Below are positions 11,008-23,140 of a stretch of 64,000 nucleotides of DNA, one piece after another (the first letter of the stretch is position 1; each line of letters starts with the position of its first letter). The notes under the pieces were generated by a model. That model saw nothing but the letters and a program-made list of their open reading frames with translations, had not been told where the DNA came from and did not search any database. The stretch spans positions 24,678,001 to 24,742,000 of the forward strand of contig CM052816.1 in the NCBI GenBank assembly GCA_028534125.1. Reading direction: 5' to 3'. The DNA comes from Lama glama (Eukaryota). The position numbers were made by a program, and so were the translations under genes.

Positions 11008-14000
11008 ATGGGGTTGACAATGCCTCCCCCCCCCAAATCTTTTTTTGAGACCTTTCCTGTAGCCTTATCTTGCTTTTTCCTCATGATAAACAGAAATAAT
11101 CAGAATCAAGTGATGGGCAAGAGTGGAGAATTAAAGCCAGGGAATGTTCAGTGTGAAAGTTAGATACTGGAGCGAGAAATTTCCATTTTAAAGGAAGGAA
11201 TAAAATGCAGGTGTTGGAGCAGAGTGTGTTTTGCCATAAAATGAAGAGCAGTTGGATGGACTTGCGCTTCTAAGAGCTGAGCCTGATGTGTCGTTGCTCT
11301 GAGCTTCATGCGTTGCTGTGTGCACAAGTGTGTCCATGTACAAGTGTGTCTGCATAGAGCTGTGGTGGACAGCCATTGGTAATGCCTGCCCAGCATCCAG
11401 TCTACTTTCCTTTGGTACCAACATTGGGAACCTTCCCTTCCCCTACTCCATGAGGTCTCCACGGGAATCACAACCTGAACAGAATGACAAGATGGAAAAG
11501 AGTTGGATTTGACTCACCCTTCTGGTAATTCTGAAGAGACTGTCCATTACTTTCCCAGCACTAGCCTGGTTTTCATCTTTCCTGAGATCTGGCTACTCAT
11601 CTTGCCCTTCCATTTGATGTAACATAACAATGCAAGCCTTCTAGTAGGTTGTACCAAATTTGTGCTTGGTGAGCTGTTGTGAGAGAGAAAAAGGCTTCAT
11701 CTCAATCCACAATGTTCATATTCTGTCTCAGGAACAGGGAGACAAATGACTGCCCCAAACTTTGTGCTCTGTGGCTGGTTTAGTCTCTCTACCACTAGGA
11801 CCCGTTTTCTCAATTTTTATGGATCTCACTTTAGTTGGGGACCTTAACCCTTCATAGAGGGGTCCTGTGATGATCTGATGGCCTCCACTTCAGTCTGACC
11901 CTTCTGTAAGTCTACTTGCACACACCTCCAGCCTATCTGTCTCCCAGCACATGCTCATGATTTTACGCAGTGTCCTACTCTGGGAAGCTCAGTGTTTATA
12001 AGATATTTTGGAGCATTGAGTGAACCAGATAGCAGAAAAGTAAATTACTACCTTTAGGGTTGAGGCAGTTAGATGAAAAGGGTGGCGTCTGGGCCCACAG
12101 AGATAGGAAATGGGAAGTTCTTCATGAAGATTCTAGATCTACTAATGGCCAGCCCCACTACTTGGGTGAGAGGGTTTTATTTATCCTCCTGAAGGCCTTT
12201 GCTGTCTTTTTCTGATGCCTTAAGCTCTCCAAGTTTTACTGTACTTCTGTTGACTGCCGGCATATTTTCTAATGAGGGCAGAGGGGGTCTTCAGCAGCCT
12301 TGGCTGTACATTTCTAATAAGCAGTTAGTGGCTGTAGCAGATGTTTCTGCACTTAAAGCGAGTGCAATAGAGTTTCCTATTAGGAGCACCCAGAGAGGGG
12401 AAACCTTCAAATTCATAGCACCCTAGGGCCAGAGAAGGACATTTATAGCGTTTATTTGAAATGCTGTGCAATCAAACTGCAGTGAGTTTTAAGGGGCACT
12501 GACAAGTATGAATGCATTCATAGGAATTTTTGTAGGTTAGAAGTGTTGGGTTGGGCACAAGAATCTGATGTTTAATGGCTCTCCAATTTTATAATTGGTA
12601 GCATTTTCCCCCTATCATGACTCCCATCAATTACTACCCCCCCCAAACAAATTGGAACAACACAAACCAAACAAAAATCCTGTAGATAAAAAAAGAACCT
12701 CAACAATTTGAACATTTCGTTTTTTAAGCCAGAGTCATTTTGTTATGCTTTCGTTGTTGTATTCCTACCAAATTGTTACTCTATTTTGCTTTGGTAATTT
12801 TGAGGACTAAACCAGTCAAGAGTGTTTTAACTTATGCTTTGTGAATTAACCGCCAAACTCAAATCAGGGTCATGAACATCAGTAACTATTTAAATCAATA
12901 CAAATGGGAGGATTATTTCTGCAGGATCACTGGATGATGATGAGGAGTTTTTCATTATTATCTGAGATTTCCAAAATGAAAGAGTGCCCCCCAATCATCT
13001 ACATGGTGATATATTCTTTTGAAAGCTCGGTATCAATATGTGTGATTCAGCTCTCATCACCACTTGAATAAAAGAGGAAATAAAATTGATAAACCCAGTG
13101 TAGGGCAGAAGCCCTGATTCCATGATAGAGACCCACCCCTTAGGACAGTGGTGTTCATGTCATCTGATGAAGGCTGTCGGCTTCCAAGGCCCAAGTCTGC
13201 ACTTCTAGTAGGCTGTATTTCTTTGATGTCAAATCTGTGACTAAGAGACAGCTGATCATAGACTGCAGTTATATTAATTCTTGGTGCTGAAACCATCTAA
13301 TGGCATTGGACAAGGACAGCTGCAATATAATGTAATGTTCCTGTCCTCTATTTCATGCTCTACCTGACTTTTTTTTCTCTCCCTGTAACATTGATTGATT
13401 CGGTAACGTAGAATGTTTGCTTTCCAGCTGGCAGATCTAATTGTAAATAAACAGCTGCTAGCTGCATTTAGACAGTGGATGATGTTGGCAGGTACAAGAG
13501 CAGGGTGTGCAGGATGATTTAAGGCCTGTGCAGTGGAGTGTGCGGGAGGCTGGGGAACGAAATGCAGGCAGGAGCCTTCAGGTACAAAGTCCTCTGTGCC
13601 TCCGTATAATCTCAAGGCTGTATTTTAAAGTTTTAATGTGGCATAAGGGCTGATACAGGGTTTGTGAGGGCCTGTGATGGCCAAGGTTATGGACTAAATA
13701 TGAGAAAAATACAGGCCCTCTTTTATCCAGGAGTCTTTTTTTGCTTTTGGAGAATGAAATTAGGTATTAGACTAATTACTGAAGATTGTTTCCCTGAACA
13801 AGGTAGATTTAAAAATTCTGAATGAAGACAGCAAGAAGGTAAGTGGAGGAGAATTCTTCCTGGCCTGGGAGATGACATGAGAACAGCAACAACAGCAGTA
13901 ACAGAAATGCCAGGACCTCAGTATGTGCCATTGCCCTGGTTACCGCTGTGTCTGCCTCGTTTGCCCCAACATCCTCAGATATGGGACACTTAGCACAAGG

Positions 14001-15059
14001 AAGCAGGATGTTTCCCAAAACACTTAGTGTTTTAGAATCTGAACAACCCTTATAAGCGTAGGGCCGAACATTGCAAGTATCAGCCACTGGCATTGGTGCC
14101 AGCCAAAGTTGAGGCATTGCAGGTCACCAAAGATCCACAGTGACTGCCCTTTTCTCTTGTCTAACATGGGCATCTCATGTGGCCAGTGCCTGCCCATCAC
14201 TACGGCCATCAATCTGGGTCCCTTCCTCTTTGAGCAGCGATGCCTCTTTCCTTGGCTCAGAACAATCTTAAGCATGCCTTGTTTTACCTCCCCTTATACC
14301 TGGAGGGGGCGTAGGGTATTGGACAGTTAGAAGATGGACTTTGGCCAATGAGGGACCAAAGAATGACTGAATGGAGCCAGGCCAAGGTGTCCCTCTGACT
14401 CAGGACAGTGGTGGGACACTTTTGTGCACTACAGAACTGAGGATGTAAAATGTGCTTAAAGCAAGGGAAATCTCAGCTATGTGACTGGACCAGCAGCAGG
14501 TGTGAGTGACTGAGTGGAGAGGTGGGTAGGGACACAAAATACCTGGTGGCATCAAAAAGTTACAGCATCTCCCTGGACCGACCTTTCATGGCTGCCTAGC
14601 CCTGTGAGGTAAAGACAGGCTCTGAGCAGAGCAGCACCAAATCAAGGCTAAACATGGAAGTGTGACCTGGAGCCTAGAAGGTGACCTAGGGGCGATCCTG
14701 GTTTTTCCTTGGTTTTTGTCATAGACCCTCCCTCTTTTTTGCATCTTACATCAGAATCTTCTGGATGTTTTATGTTCTCTTTACTCTTCCTTCCTGCCTC
14801 TATCACCTTTTCTTTTTATTGGTTTATTTCTGGCTACAAACAATGTTTAGTTCTTTACAACCTCTCCTCTAGTCTTTTCGTTCTTACGTGTCCTCTCCTC
14901 CTTTGGGGCCAAGTTCCTGTTCATATCTGCTCTTAGCTATTCGCAAAACTATTGGCATGAAAAAAGTCAGCTGACAGCTCTCGCTGGAGTTGGAGGGAAG
15001 CTGCTTTCTTCCCTAAAACGATTTGTGTCGGGGAAGCGGAAGGGGAAGTTGAGGTAGTT

Positions 15060-15230
15060 CATTGATTATCTCATTTTATCATCAAATCCCTCAATGAGGC
15101 GTTTACCTTTACCTGCATTTAACAGCAGAACAATCTAGGCTGGAAGGGACTTAGCAACTCGTCAGCGGTTACAGAGCTAATAATGGAGCAGCCTGGATGG
15201 ATTTTAGTCTGCTGGGCTCTGAAGGCCACA
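15060..15230 (-). mobile_element. MIR fragment
   Basis: attatctcattt...cctgcatttaacagcagaacaatctaggc...gacttagcaac...ggttacagagctaataatggagcagcctgga. Confidence 0.55.
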
Positions 15231-16533
15231 TTCACTCCGACACTCATGGGGAACGGTTCAGACGCTTTCCAGAGGCAGAATGTCTTGCCCCATCCACTCC
15301 TTGCAGGGTCCAGAGAGGCAGGGTACGTAAGCGTGGAGAAGGAGGACTCCTTAGACTATAAACCACATGTAACGTTCTAGTTTATAAAAGGCTGTTGGCC
15401 TGGCCTCAATTTATTCTCTTTCTGAAACAGCTTGATGATCTGTAATGACGAGGATTTGAATCCATAATCTGAATTTACTTAACAAGATAATTAAATATTT
15501 AAAGTCAGTTCATTTAGTGGCTAGAAGGGATTATAGAGAGCACACTCATAGATTTCCTTCCCTATATTAGTATGCATGGCAGTACATTCTTAATTTTGCT
15601 TAGAGCTGTTTTGCAGTTCTCGTATCTCTGCATTTGCCACGGCAATTAGGACTGGAGGGAGCTTGTGGTGTCCTTGGAACTGAGAGAGAAGGGAAATTAT
15701 GACACTAAATAATACAAAATGGGCTTAGTCCTCATTGCAGTAGAAACCACTCAGAAAAGTTAATTAAACTCAGGAAATAGGCTGCAAGATAATTAAGTTT
15801 TGGCCTAATTTTACACTGCAGGCGTTCTACATTGTTTTTGCAAGGGTCCAAAGGAACATGAGATAGAAAATCTCCAGGTTGTGGGCTTGATTCATAAAGG
15901 ATCATTATCTGTAGTTAAATGGCCAGATAAAATGGTTATGTGTGGGCAGCAAATTGTGTTTTGTAAGGTAAAAGTGATAATTGTGCTACACATATAAGAT
16001 ATTTATAATTTCTTTTAATTTTCAGTAGAAGTGAGAGTTGTCAATATATCTGGTGTAGGAGATGATAAATGTATAAACCCCAAATCTAAGACACATGACG
16101 TGGTATTTTCTAGAATAATGGTAGGTAGTCAACTCCTTATCCTATTAAGTGAGCTTGGGTGTGTTTTAAACCCGGAAGGCTGGAGACAGCCTTGATGGCT
16201 ACCTTAATACCTCGTGTATAACAGAATTTAAAAAAACCTGTCGCAAGGTAAGAGCCAATTCATCATCTCTCCTTGGTCTGTCCCTGTTATAGGAGGAGAT
16301 GCTTGCATTCTGACTGGACTTCCGTTTCACAAAGTTCTGCTGGCAGTAACTCAGTACCTGTGGCCTTCAGGGGCATTGCTGATTGATTGAATTTTAAATT
16401 GTCTGTTATTTATCCTAGTTTTCTTATGTCTGTTGTGAACTTGGCTCTCCTTTTGGACAAAGCAGAGAACTTATTTAAAAACTGACCTGGGATTTACCTT
16501 GTTCCTTTCATCTATTTTTAACCTTTGCCTTAA

Positions 16534-16586
16534 AAAAAATTATCCTGTAAGACAATAAACAAAAAATTATCCTGTAAGACAATAAA
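16534..16586. repeat. Perfect tandem duplication, 26-bp unit (period 27)
   Basis: aaaaaattatcctgtaagacaataaa at 16534-16559 and 16561-16586. Confidence 0.95.
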
Positions 16587-16856
16587 TCTATCTGTTGGCT
16601 GCCAAAATGAATGAAGTCAATTTTATTTCTTATTTCCTCTTTCTGGGAAGTTCTGAGTCATAACAACTTGCCTTTGGTTAAACTTGATACATGGCCACTC
16701 TTAACGCTCAGTACTTTGCTATTTTCCCTGCTGGCTGACCCCAGAAGGGACTTTCGAGGGTTCTTCTTTCATTGTGTTTAGTTTTACTGACATTGTACAG
16801 GTGACCTGGGCTTTCCTAATGTGTTGGAAGGTAAAGAAGTCAGCAGGACTAGACAT

Positions 16857-16954
16857 ATCATGGTGATCATTGTGTAACGTATAGAAATATCAAATCACTA
16901 TGTCGTGTACCAGGAACCAACAGTGTTGGAGGTCAATTATATTTCAATAAAAAT
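16857..16954 (+). mobile_element. Short L1 3'-end insertion, next to an older L1ME 3' fragment (about 16970-17110)
   Basis: atcaaatcactatgtcgtgtaccaggaaccaacagtgttggaggtcaattatatttcaataaaaa is an L1 terminus. tagacat occurs on both sides. Confidence 0.7.
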
Positions 16955-17705
16955 TTACGTAGACATTGGGAGGAAATGCATCAAAATGCTAATGATGATT
17001 ATCCCTAGGAGGGTAGGGATTATGGATGATTGTTATTTTTTCCTTTATGCTTTTATTATGTATTTCTAGTTGTCTGCATTGCTTGTAAAATTAGAAAGAA
17101 AACAATTAATGTCATTAAATATGGAAAAAAGTCACCAGGGCAAAACAGGTATAAATATAATAGGATGTCAAATGAGATTTTTCCTATTATCTCCTAATTT
17201 TGGTCTAAAAGCCCACAGCTGAGGGCATTTGGCACTGTGGTGGTCCCAAGTTCCCCAGAGAGTGACAGGGAACGGCCAGACCTCCACCTCTTTCAATATT
17301 TATTAAGAAAGGGCTTTGACTTCGCTGCCCAGCCAGGCTCTGGCAGTGAAGATCAGAGTTCATTGAAGGAGAGCATCGTTTACATCATGAACTCATCTAT
17401 CCAAACTGACGATCTGGATGGGAGCAAGGAGGGAGTTACAGGAATGGTCAAATTTCCTCATTCTTAGAAAATCATCTCAGATGGAATTAGAAAAGTTACT
17501 AAGGAGGAGATCCACGGCTGTTGTAGCAACCTGGTTTATTGCGGCAGGTAATCACACTCCCTAAACGCCATACCTACTGCCTGTTTAAATGAGGTCCACA
17601 AGATGGGGGTCATACCATCTAACCCAAGAGACTTCATGGCATGGGTCCTTTAGAATGTCAGTCTAAGTTGGAAAGCTTGTCCTATAGATTAGTTGCTGGA
17701 CTTTT

Positions 17706-17898
17706 TTTCCCCCAATCCTTCCTTTCTTTCTTTTTAATATTTTATTTATTTGTTGCTGTATTATTTAATTATTTTATTTTGGTGGGATTGGGAGGAGGTA
17801 ATTAGATTTATTTATTCTTAGAGGAGGTACTGGGGATTGAACCCAGGACCTGGGGCATGCTAAGCATGTGCTCTACCACTTGAGCTATCCCCTCTCCC
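17706..17898 (-). mobile_element. Camelid Vic-1-like tRNA-derived SINE with long tail
   Basis: ggtactggggattgaacccaggacc...gcatgctaagcatgtgctctaccacttgagctatcccctctccc. Perfect 16-bp TSD tagttgctggactttt at 17690-17705 and 17899-17914. Confidence 0.92.
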
Positions 17899-17934
17899 TA
17901 GTTGCTGGACTTTTAAGAACCAAAAGTATTATGA

Positions 17935-18150
17935 TAACTCTTTGTACTTAATGGATTTAGTGAGTAGTTACTTTGTGCCAGGCACTGTTTCAAGGAATAT
18001 ATATGTACAAACTTATTTAGTGCCCCCAAAGAATTCATGATTTAAGTATTACCCCCACTTTAATTGAGAAAATGGTGACACCATCAAGAGTATACAGCTG
18101 GCTGGCAGCTGAGCTCCTAACCTGAACACCAGTCTACCTCTTGTTGTGCT
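17935..18150 (-). mobile_element. MIR fragment
   Basis: atttagtgagtagttactttgtgccaggcactgtt...tattacccccactttaattgagaaaatgg. Confidence 0.6.
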
Positions 18151-19554
18151 AAAAGCCTTCTGATGGCCTCAGCTGTACCGCCTGCACCAGAGAGGTGTCT
18201 GCCACTGTGTCCTGGACCCAAGCTGACAAAAGGCCTATTGCCTTCTATTGGTGAGGAAGTGGTGTCTTCAGGGTGACAACTGTCTTGCCGAGGCCCTGAG
18301 GTCTGTATGTACAAAAATCATCAGTAGCAATTTGCATCTACCTGCACAGGACGGTAATATATTTTCACTGTTTGGCCCCAAGGATGTGTAAATTTTCTTG
18401 CTCTCTGTCACACTGCTGATAGAAAGGATTTTAAATCACATGGAAACCTGAAAGCTTTGCTTTCACCTATTACAGAGATGATATTTTAATTAGGGGAAAC
18501 AGGGGAGCTGTTTTCTATGTTTTCTCTTTCTTTACTGGGTTTATGACCTTCGAGGGATGGGTGAGTAAATACAAGAAAGCTCATTAACCCCTGCAGGTAG
18601 TCACCTCCTTGGGCATTCCACTATTTGTAGCCTAGAGAGAAACAACCATTCAGACTAAAACCAAACTTCTCTGGCTTAAACCTCCCTCTTATAACTACAA
18701 ATTACTGTACCTTTTATAATGGGACTTTTATTGTTAGAAGTAGGCTTGAAAAGGGGGAAACCAATACAATTTCTCTTGTTTCCTTATTAAAAAGAGGCAT
18801 TGCCCCCAGCCCCTCATGTAACAAAGTGATCTGAACACTGTGTAGCAATAGGGCATTCCCTCTTTATTGATTTGTGGGTGTTTCTGCTTATTTTATATTC
18901 TTTCAGTAATGCCTGAAGGTGTTTGTCATTGTGTTAGCGATGCCGTGGTGGGATAAAGGGAGAGGGGTCAGTTCCCAAGCTCTCGGCAGTGAGAATCTGT
19001 AAGGGCTGGAAGCTGACTGCGGTGTGTTAGGTGTTTGGCAACGGTATCAGCAGAGAAGCAGGCTTCTGTGTGGCCTGACTTAGGGGTGGCACGAAATGAA
19101 TCTTGTTGGTCTTAAACACATCAGAAATACAACCTTTGGAAAGGGAGGAGTTGAGGAGGCTAGATTATGTTATGACTTGGGGTAGGCAAATGAACCATCT
19201 GACCTGGTTTTACAGAAAAGGGTGACCCCCAAATGCTGGAGGACTTGTGATCATCCACTTGACCTGGGGCACGTAATGGGTTTGGATTTTGAAAGGAAAC
19301 CTAGATATTTCCTTGACCATCTTCTCTATGTAGAAATGAAGGCCAAGAGAATTTGAAGTGATGGCTGAGTTGGGCTAGAATTGACCTTTCCTGGTCTAAT
19401 GCATTTCTGGTGACTCTGTGTGAATATCATCTGTGAAGTCCCTTAAGATAATACCACTGAAAAAATCACTTATGTGTGCTAATTATTGACTGTTGTGAAG
19501 AGTGAATAATCAAAACGGTGTCTTCTCACACCAGTGTTGCTCTAATCACCCTTT

Positions 19555-19895
19555 GTGGTGAGAGGCAGCACATCATCTGGCCCAGACCTGGGATAATGTC
19601 CCAGCCCCACCCCTGACTACCGGGAGGTCTTTGGCTCCTGCTTAGCCTTCCTGGACCTCAGTGTCCTCCTCTGAAAGTGGCATTGCCCCCTGCCAGGACA
19701 GTGTGCTATCAAACTCTACGGTGTTTGCCAATTGGGTAAGTGAAAAGTACCACCTCTATGTAATTTAGATTTACATTTCTTTTATCATGAGTGAGATTGA
19801 ACATTTTAAAAAATGTGTGAGTTAAATAAAATAATATGTAAAATGGTAGCATGTCTAGCACAAGGAAATGACTATTAAGTGTTAGCCAATATCAT
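19555..19895 (+). mobile_element. MIR split by a ~120-bp L1ME-derived insert (19695-19816)
   Basis: 5' part: cagacctggg...cttagccttcctggacctcagtgtcctcctctg. 3' part: tgtgagttaaataaaataatatgtaaaa...tagcaca...taagtgttagc. Confidence 0.65.
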
Positions 19896-19904
19896 TCTCT
19901 ACCA

Positions 19905-21085
19905 TCTTATTTTATCTTAATGAATAATACATTAATATGGATCAAAGATCCAAAGGTGTAAAAGTGCAGAGAGTGAAAAAGTGGCCTCCTCATTCTATCC
20001 ACCAGCCAACCAGTTTTGCTCCCCACTGGCAGTGATTTTCTTTTAGGTCCTTTCAGTGACTTTATGTATGCATGAGCAAATGTGAATATATATTCTCCCT
20101 CTTTCTTTATCCAAATGGTAGCATGCTATACCCAATGATCTGCCCTTGCCTTTTTTTTTTTCACTTAATATGTCTTTGAGCTTATATATATATATATGTG
20201 TAAAAGGTTCTTATTCACCTCATTAGCTATATCATACTACATAGAATGGATTTACCATAATTTATTTTACTTGACACCTGTTAACTCACTTTTAGGTTAA
20301 TACCACTCTTTTGCTACTATTAATTATACTGCAACAAATAACCTTGGGCTTATGTTCTAAGCATGTATCTGTAAGATAAATTTCTATAAGTGGACTTACT
20401 GAGTTAAAGGGTATGTACATTTTAAATTTTGGTAGATACTGCCAAATGGCCATCCACAAGTGTTATATCTATTTGCAGTCTTAATAGTGATGGATGGAAG
20501 TGACTTTTTGTCCTTCCAAGATAGTGTGTTATCAAACTTTAGGGTATTTGCCAATCTGATGAGGGAAAAATGATTTATCTATGTAGTTTTGGTTTATATT
20601 TAATTTATCATAAATGAAATTAAACACTTTAAAAATGTTTAAGAAGCACTTTTCCTCATCTTTTCTCAGAATGATTTTTTTCATGGCTTTTGCTTATTTT
20701 TTATTGAGTTGTCTGGATTTTTATATTAATTGGCATGTATTTTCTTTAAACTTTTAAAATAAGTAATTATAAAAATGAAAACATGCTCATTGAAATTCAA
20801 AAGTTATAGAAGGGAATAAAAAGATAAATAAAACTTTTTTTCCCCTTATCTTCAGTCTGATTAACTGTCCTTTCCAGAAATAACTATTCTTAAGAGTTTC
20901 TTTTATATATAGTCTTAGATAAATTTTATATGTGTGTGTAAGCGCATATGCGTGTGTTCTTTACAAAGATGGGATCAACTTATACATAATGTATGGTATT
21001 TTACTTTTCTTATTTGGATATCTTTTCTTGTTTTTATTCATAAAATCACTTCATTTTTAAATTACTGTATGTATTTCAGTAGTCT
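19905..21085 (-). mobile_element. Old L1ME fragments (host of the nested cluster; further pieces at about 24160-24260, 24775-24820 and 25735-26410)
   Basis: gcatgtatctgtaagataaatttctataagtggacttactgagttaaagggtatgtacattttaaattttggtagatactgccaaatgg ... atcaaactttagggtatttgccaatctgat. Confidence 0.7.
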
Positions 21086-21194
21086 CTTAAACACATATGT
21101 GCACCCTAAGGAGTCTCAAGATGATAGGAATGTGGGAAGAAAATAAAAATCTTCCCCGAAATGTTTGTTTTTATCTCCTTTAAAAGCACTTTTT

Positions 21195-22023
21195 TTTTTT
21201 GCTTTTATTTCCTTTACTTTAGGAGACAGTTCCAAAAAAAATATTGCTGCAATTTATGTCAAAAAGTGTTCTGCCTTTGTTTTCCTCTTGGAGTTTTACA
21301 GTATCTAGTCTTACATTTAGGTCTTTAATCTATTTTGAGTTTATTTTTGTATATGGTGTTAGAGAATGTTGTAATTTCGTTTTTTTACATGTAACTGTTT
21401 ATTTTTTCCAGCATCACTTATTGAAAAGACTGTATATTTTCCCCTCCTTTGTCATAGATTAATTGACCTTAAGTACATGGGTTTATTTTGGACTCTCTAT
21501 TCTGTTCCATTGATCTGTGCGTCTGTTTTTGTGCAAGTACTATACTATTTTATTTACTGTAGCTTTGTACTATAGCCTGAAGTTAGAAAGCGTGATTCCT
21601 CTAGCTCTGTTCTTCTTTCTCATAATTGTTTTGGCTATTTGGGGTCTTATGTGTTTCCATATAAATTTTAAAATTATTTGTTCTAGCTCTGTGAAAAATG
21701 TCATTGGTATTTTGATAGAGATTGCATTGAATCTGTGGATTGCCTTGGGTAGTATGGTCATTTTAACAATATTGATTCATCTTACCCAAGAACACAGTAT
21801 ATCTTTCCATCTGTTTGTGTCATCTTCGATTTCTTTTATCAGTTACTTATAGTTTTCCATAGACTTATAGGTCTTTTCTCTCCATAGGTAGATTTCTTCC
21901 TAGGTATTTTATTCTTTTTTATGTGATTTTAAATAGGATTGTTTCCTTGATTTCTCTTTCTGATAGTTTGTTGTTAGTATATAGAAATGCAACAGATCTC
22001 TGTATGTTAATTTTGTATCCTGT
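21195..22023 (-). mobile_element. L1 ORF2 segment: inverted 5' part of a twin-primed L1
   Basis: Minus-strand [38 protein letters not shown] is L1 ORF2p, C-terminal to the RT domain. Confidence 0.92.
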
Positions 22024-22032
22024 GACTACCAG

Positions 22033-23053
22033 AAGTAAACAAATGGGACCTAATTAAGTTTAAAAGCTTTCCCATAGCAAAGGAAGCCATTGACAAAATA
22101 AAAATACAATCTACTGAATGGCAGAAAATATTTGCAAATGATATGACTGATAAGGGATTAATATTCAACATATATAAACAGTTCGTACAACTCAACATAA
22201 CAAACAACCCATCCAGTTAAAAAATGGGCAGAAGAGCTGAATAGACATTTTTCCAAAGAGGAAATGCAGATGACCAACAGGCATGTGAAAAGATGCTAAA
22301 CATTGCTAATCATCAGGAAAATACAAGTCAAAACCACAATGGGCTATTACCTCACACCTGTCAGAATAGCCATCATCAAAAATAACACAAATAACAAGTA
22401 TTGGTGAGGATGTGGAAAAAATGGAAGCCCCATATGCCATTGATGGGAATGTAAATTGGCGCAGCCCCTGTGGAAAACAGTATGGAAGTTTCTCAAAAAA
22501 CTAAAGAAAAGACTACCATATGACTCCTGGATATATATCCAAAAAAGCCCAAAACACTAATTCAAAAAGATACATGCACTCCACTGTTCATAGCAGCACT
22601 ATTCCCAGCTGCCAAGATATGGAAACAACCTAACTGTACATCAACAGATGACTGGATAAAGAAGATGTGACATATGTATATAATGGAATATGGCTTGGCC
22701 ATAAAAAAGAATGAAATTTTGCCATTTACAGCAACATGGATGGACTTGGAGGTCATTATGCTAAGTGAAGTAAGTCAGACACAAACAAATACTATATGAT
22801 ATCACTTTATATGTTGAATCTAAAAAATACAACAAACTAGTGACTATAACAAAAAAGGCACAAGTGATTACCAGTGGTGGGGGAGGGGCAATATAGGCAT
22901 TGGGGAGAGGGAGGTACAAACTATTGGGTGTAAGATAGGCTCAGGGACAGATTGTACAACATGGGGAATACAGCCAATGTTTTGTAATAACTCTAAATGG
23001 AGTATAACCTTTAAAAATTGTGTAAGAATATATATGGAGAAAAAAATAAATTT
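22033..23053 (+). mobile_element. L1 ORF2 C-terminus and 3' UTR: sense part of the twin-primed L1
   Basis: taaacaaatgggacctaattaagtttaaaagc ... cagcaacatggatggacttgga ... cctttaaaaattgt, then an A-rich tail. Confidence 0.92.
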
Positions 23054-23140
23054 TTTAAAAGTACATTTTTTGGTGTTCAGTTTGTAACATACGCACTATA
23101 TTAGTTAAGTGTGTATGTATATCATTGAAAAATAAATATA

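Noticed and set aside
16801..16830. 30-nt micro-exon candidate (acag|GTGACC...GGAAG|gtaaag)
   Set aside because: No pyrimidine tract between the branch-like TACTGAC and the AG, and the peptide is not recognised.
17219..17467. Protein-looking ORF (VVPSSPESDRERPDLHLFQYLLRKG...)
   Set aside because: No family recognised, and both acceptor and donor are weak. A tblastn search would be needed to revive it.
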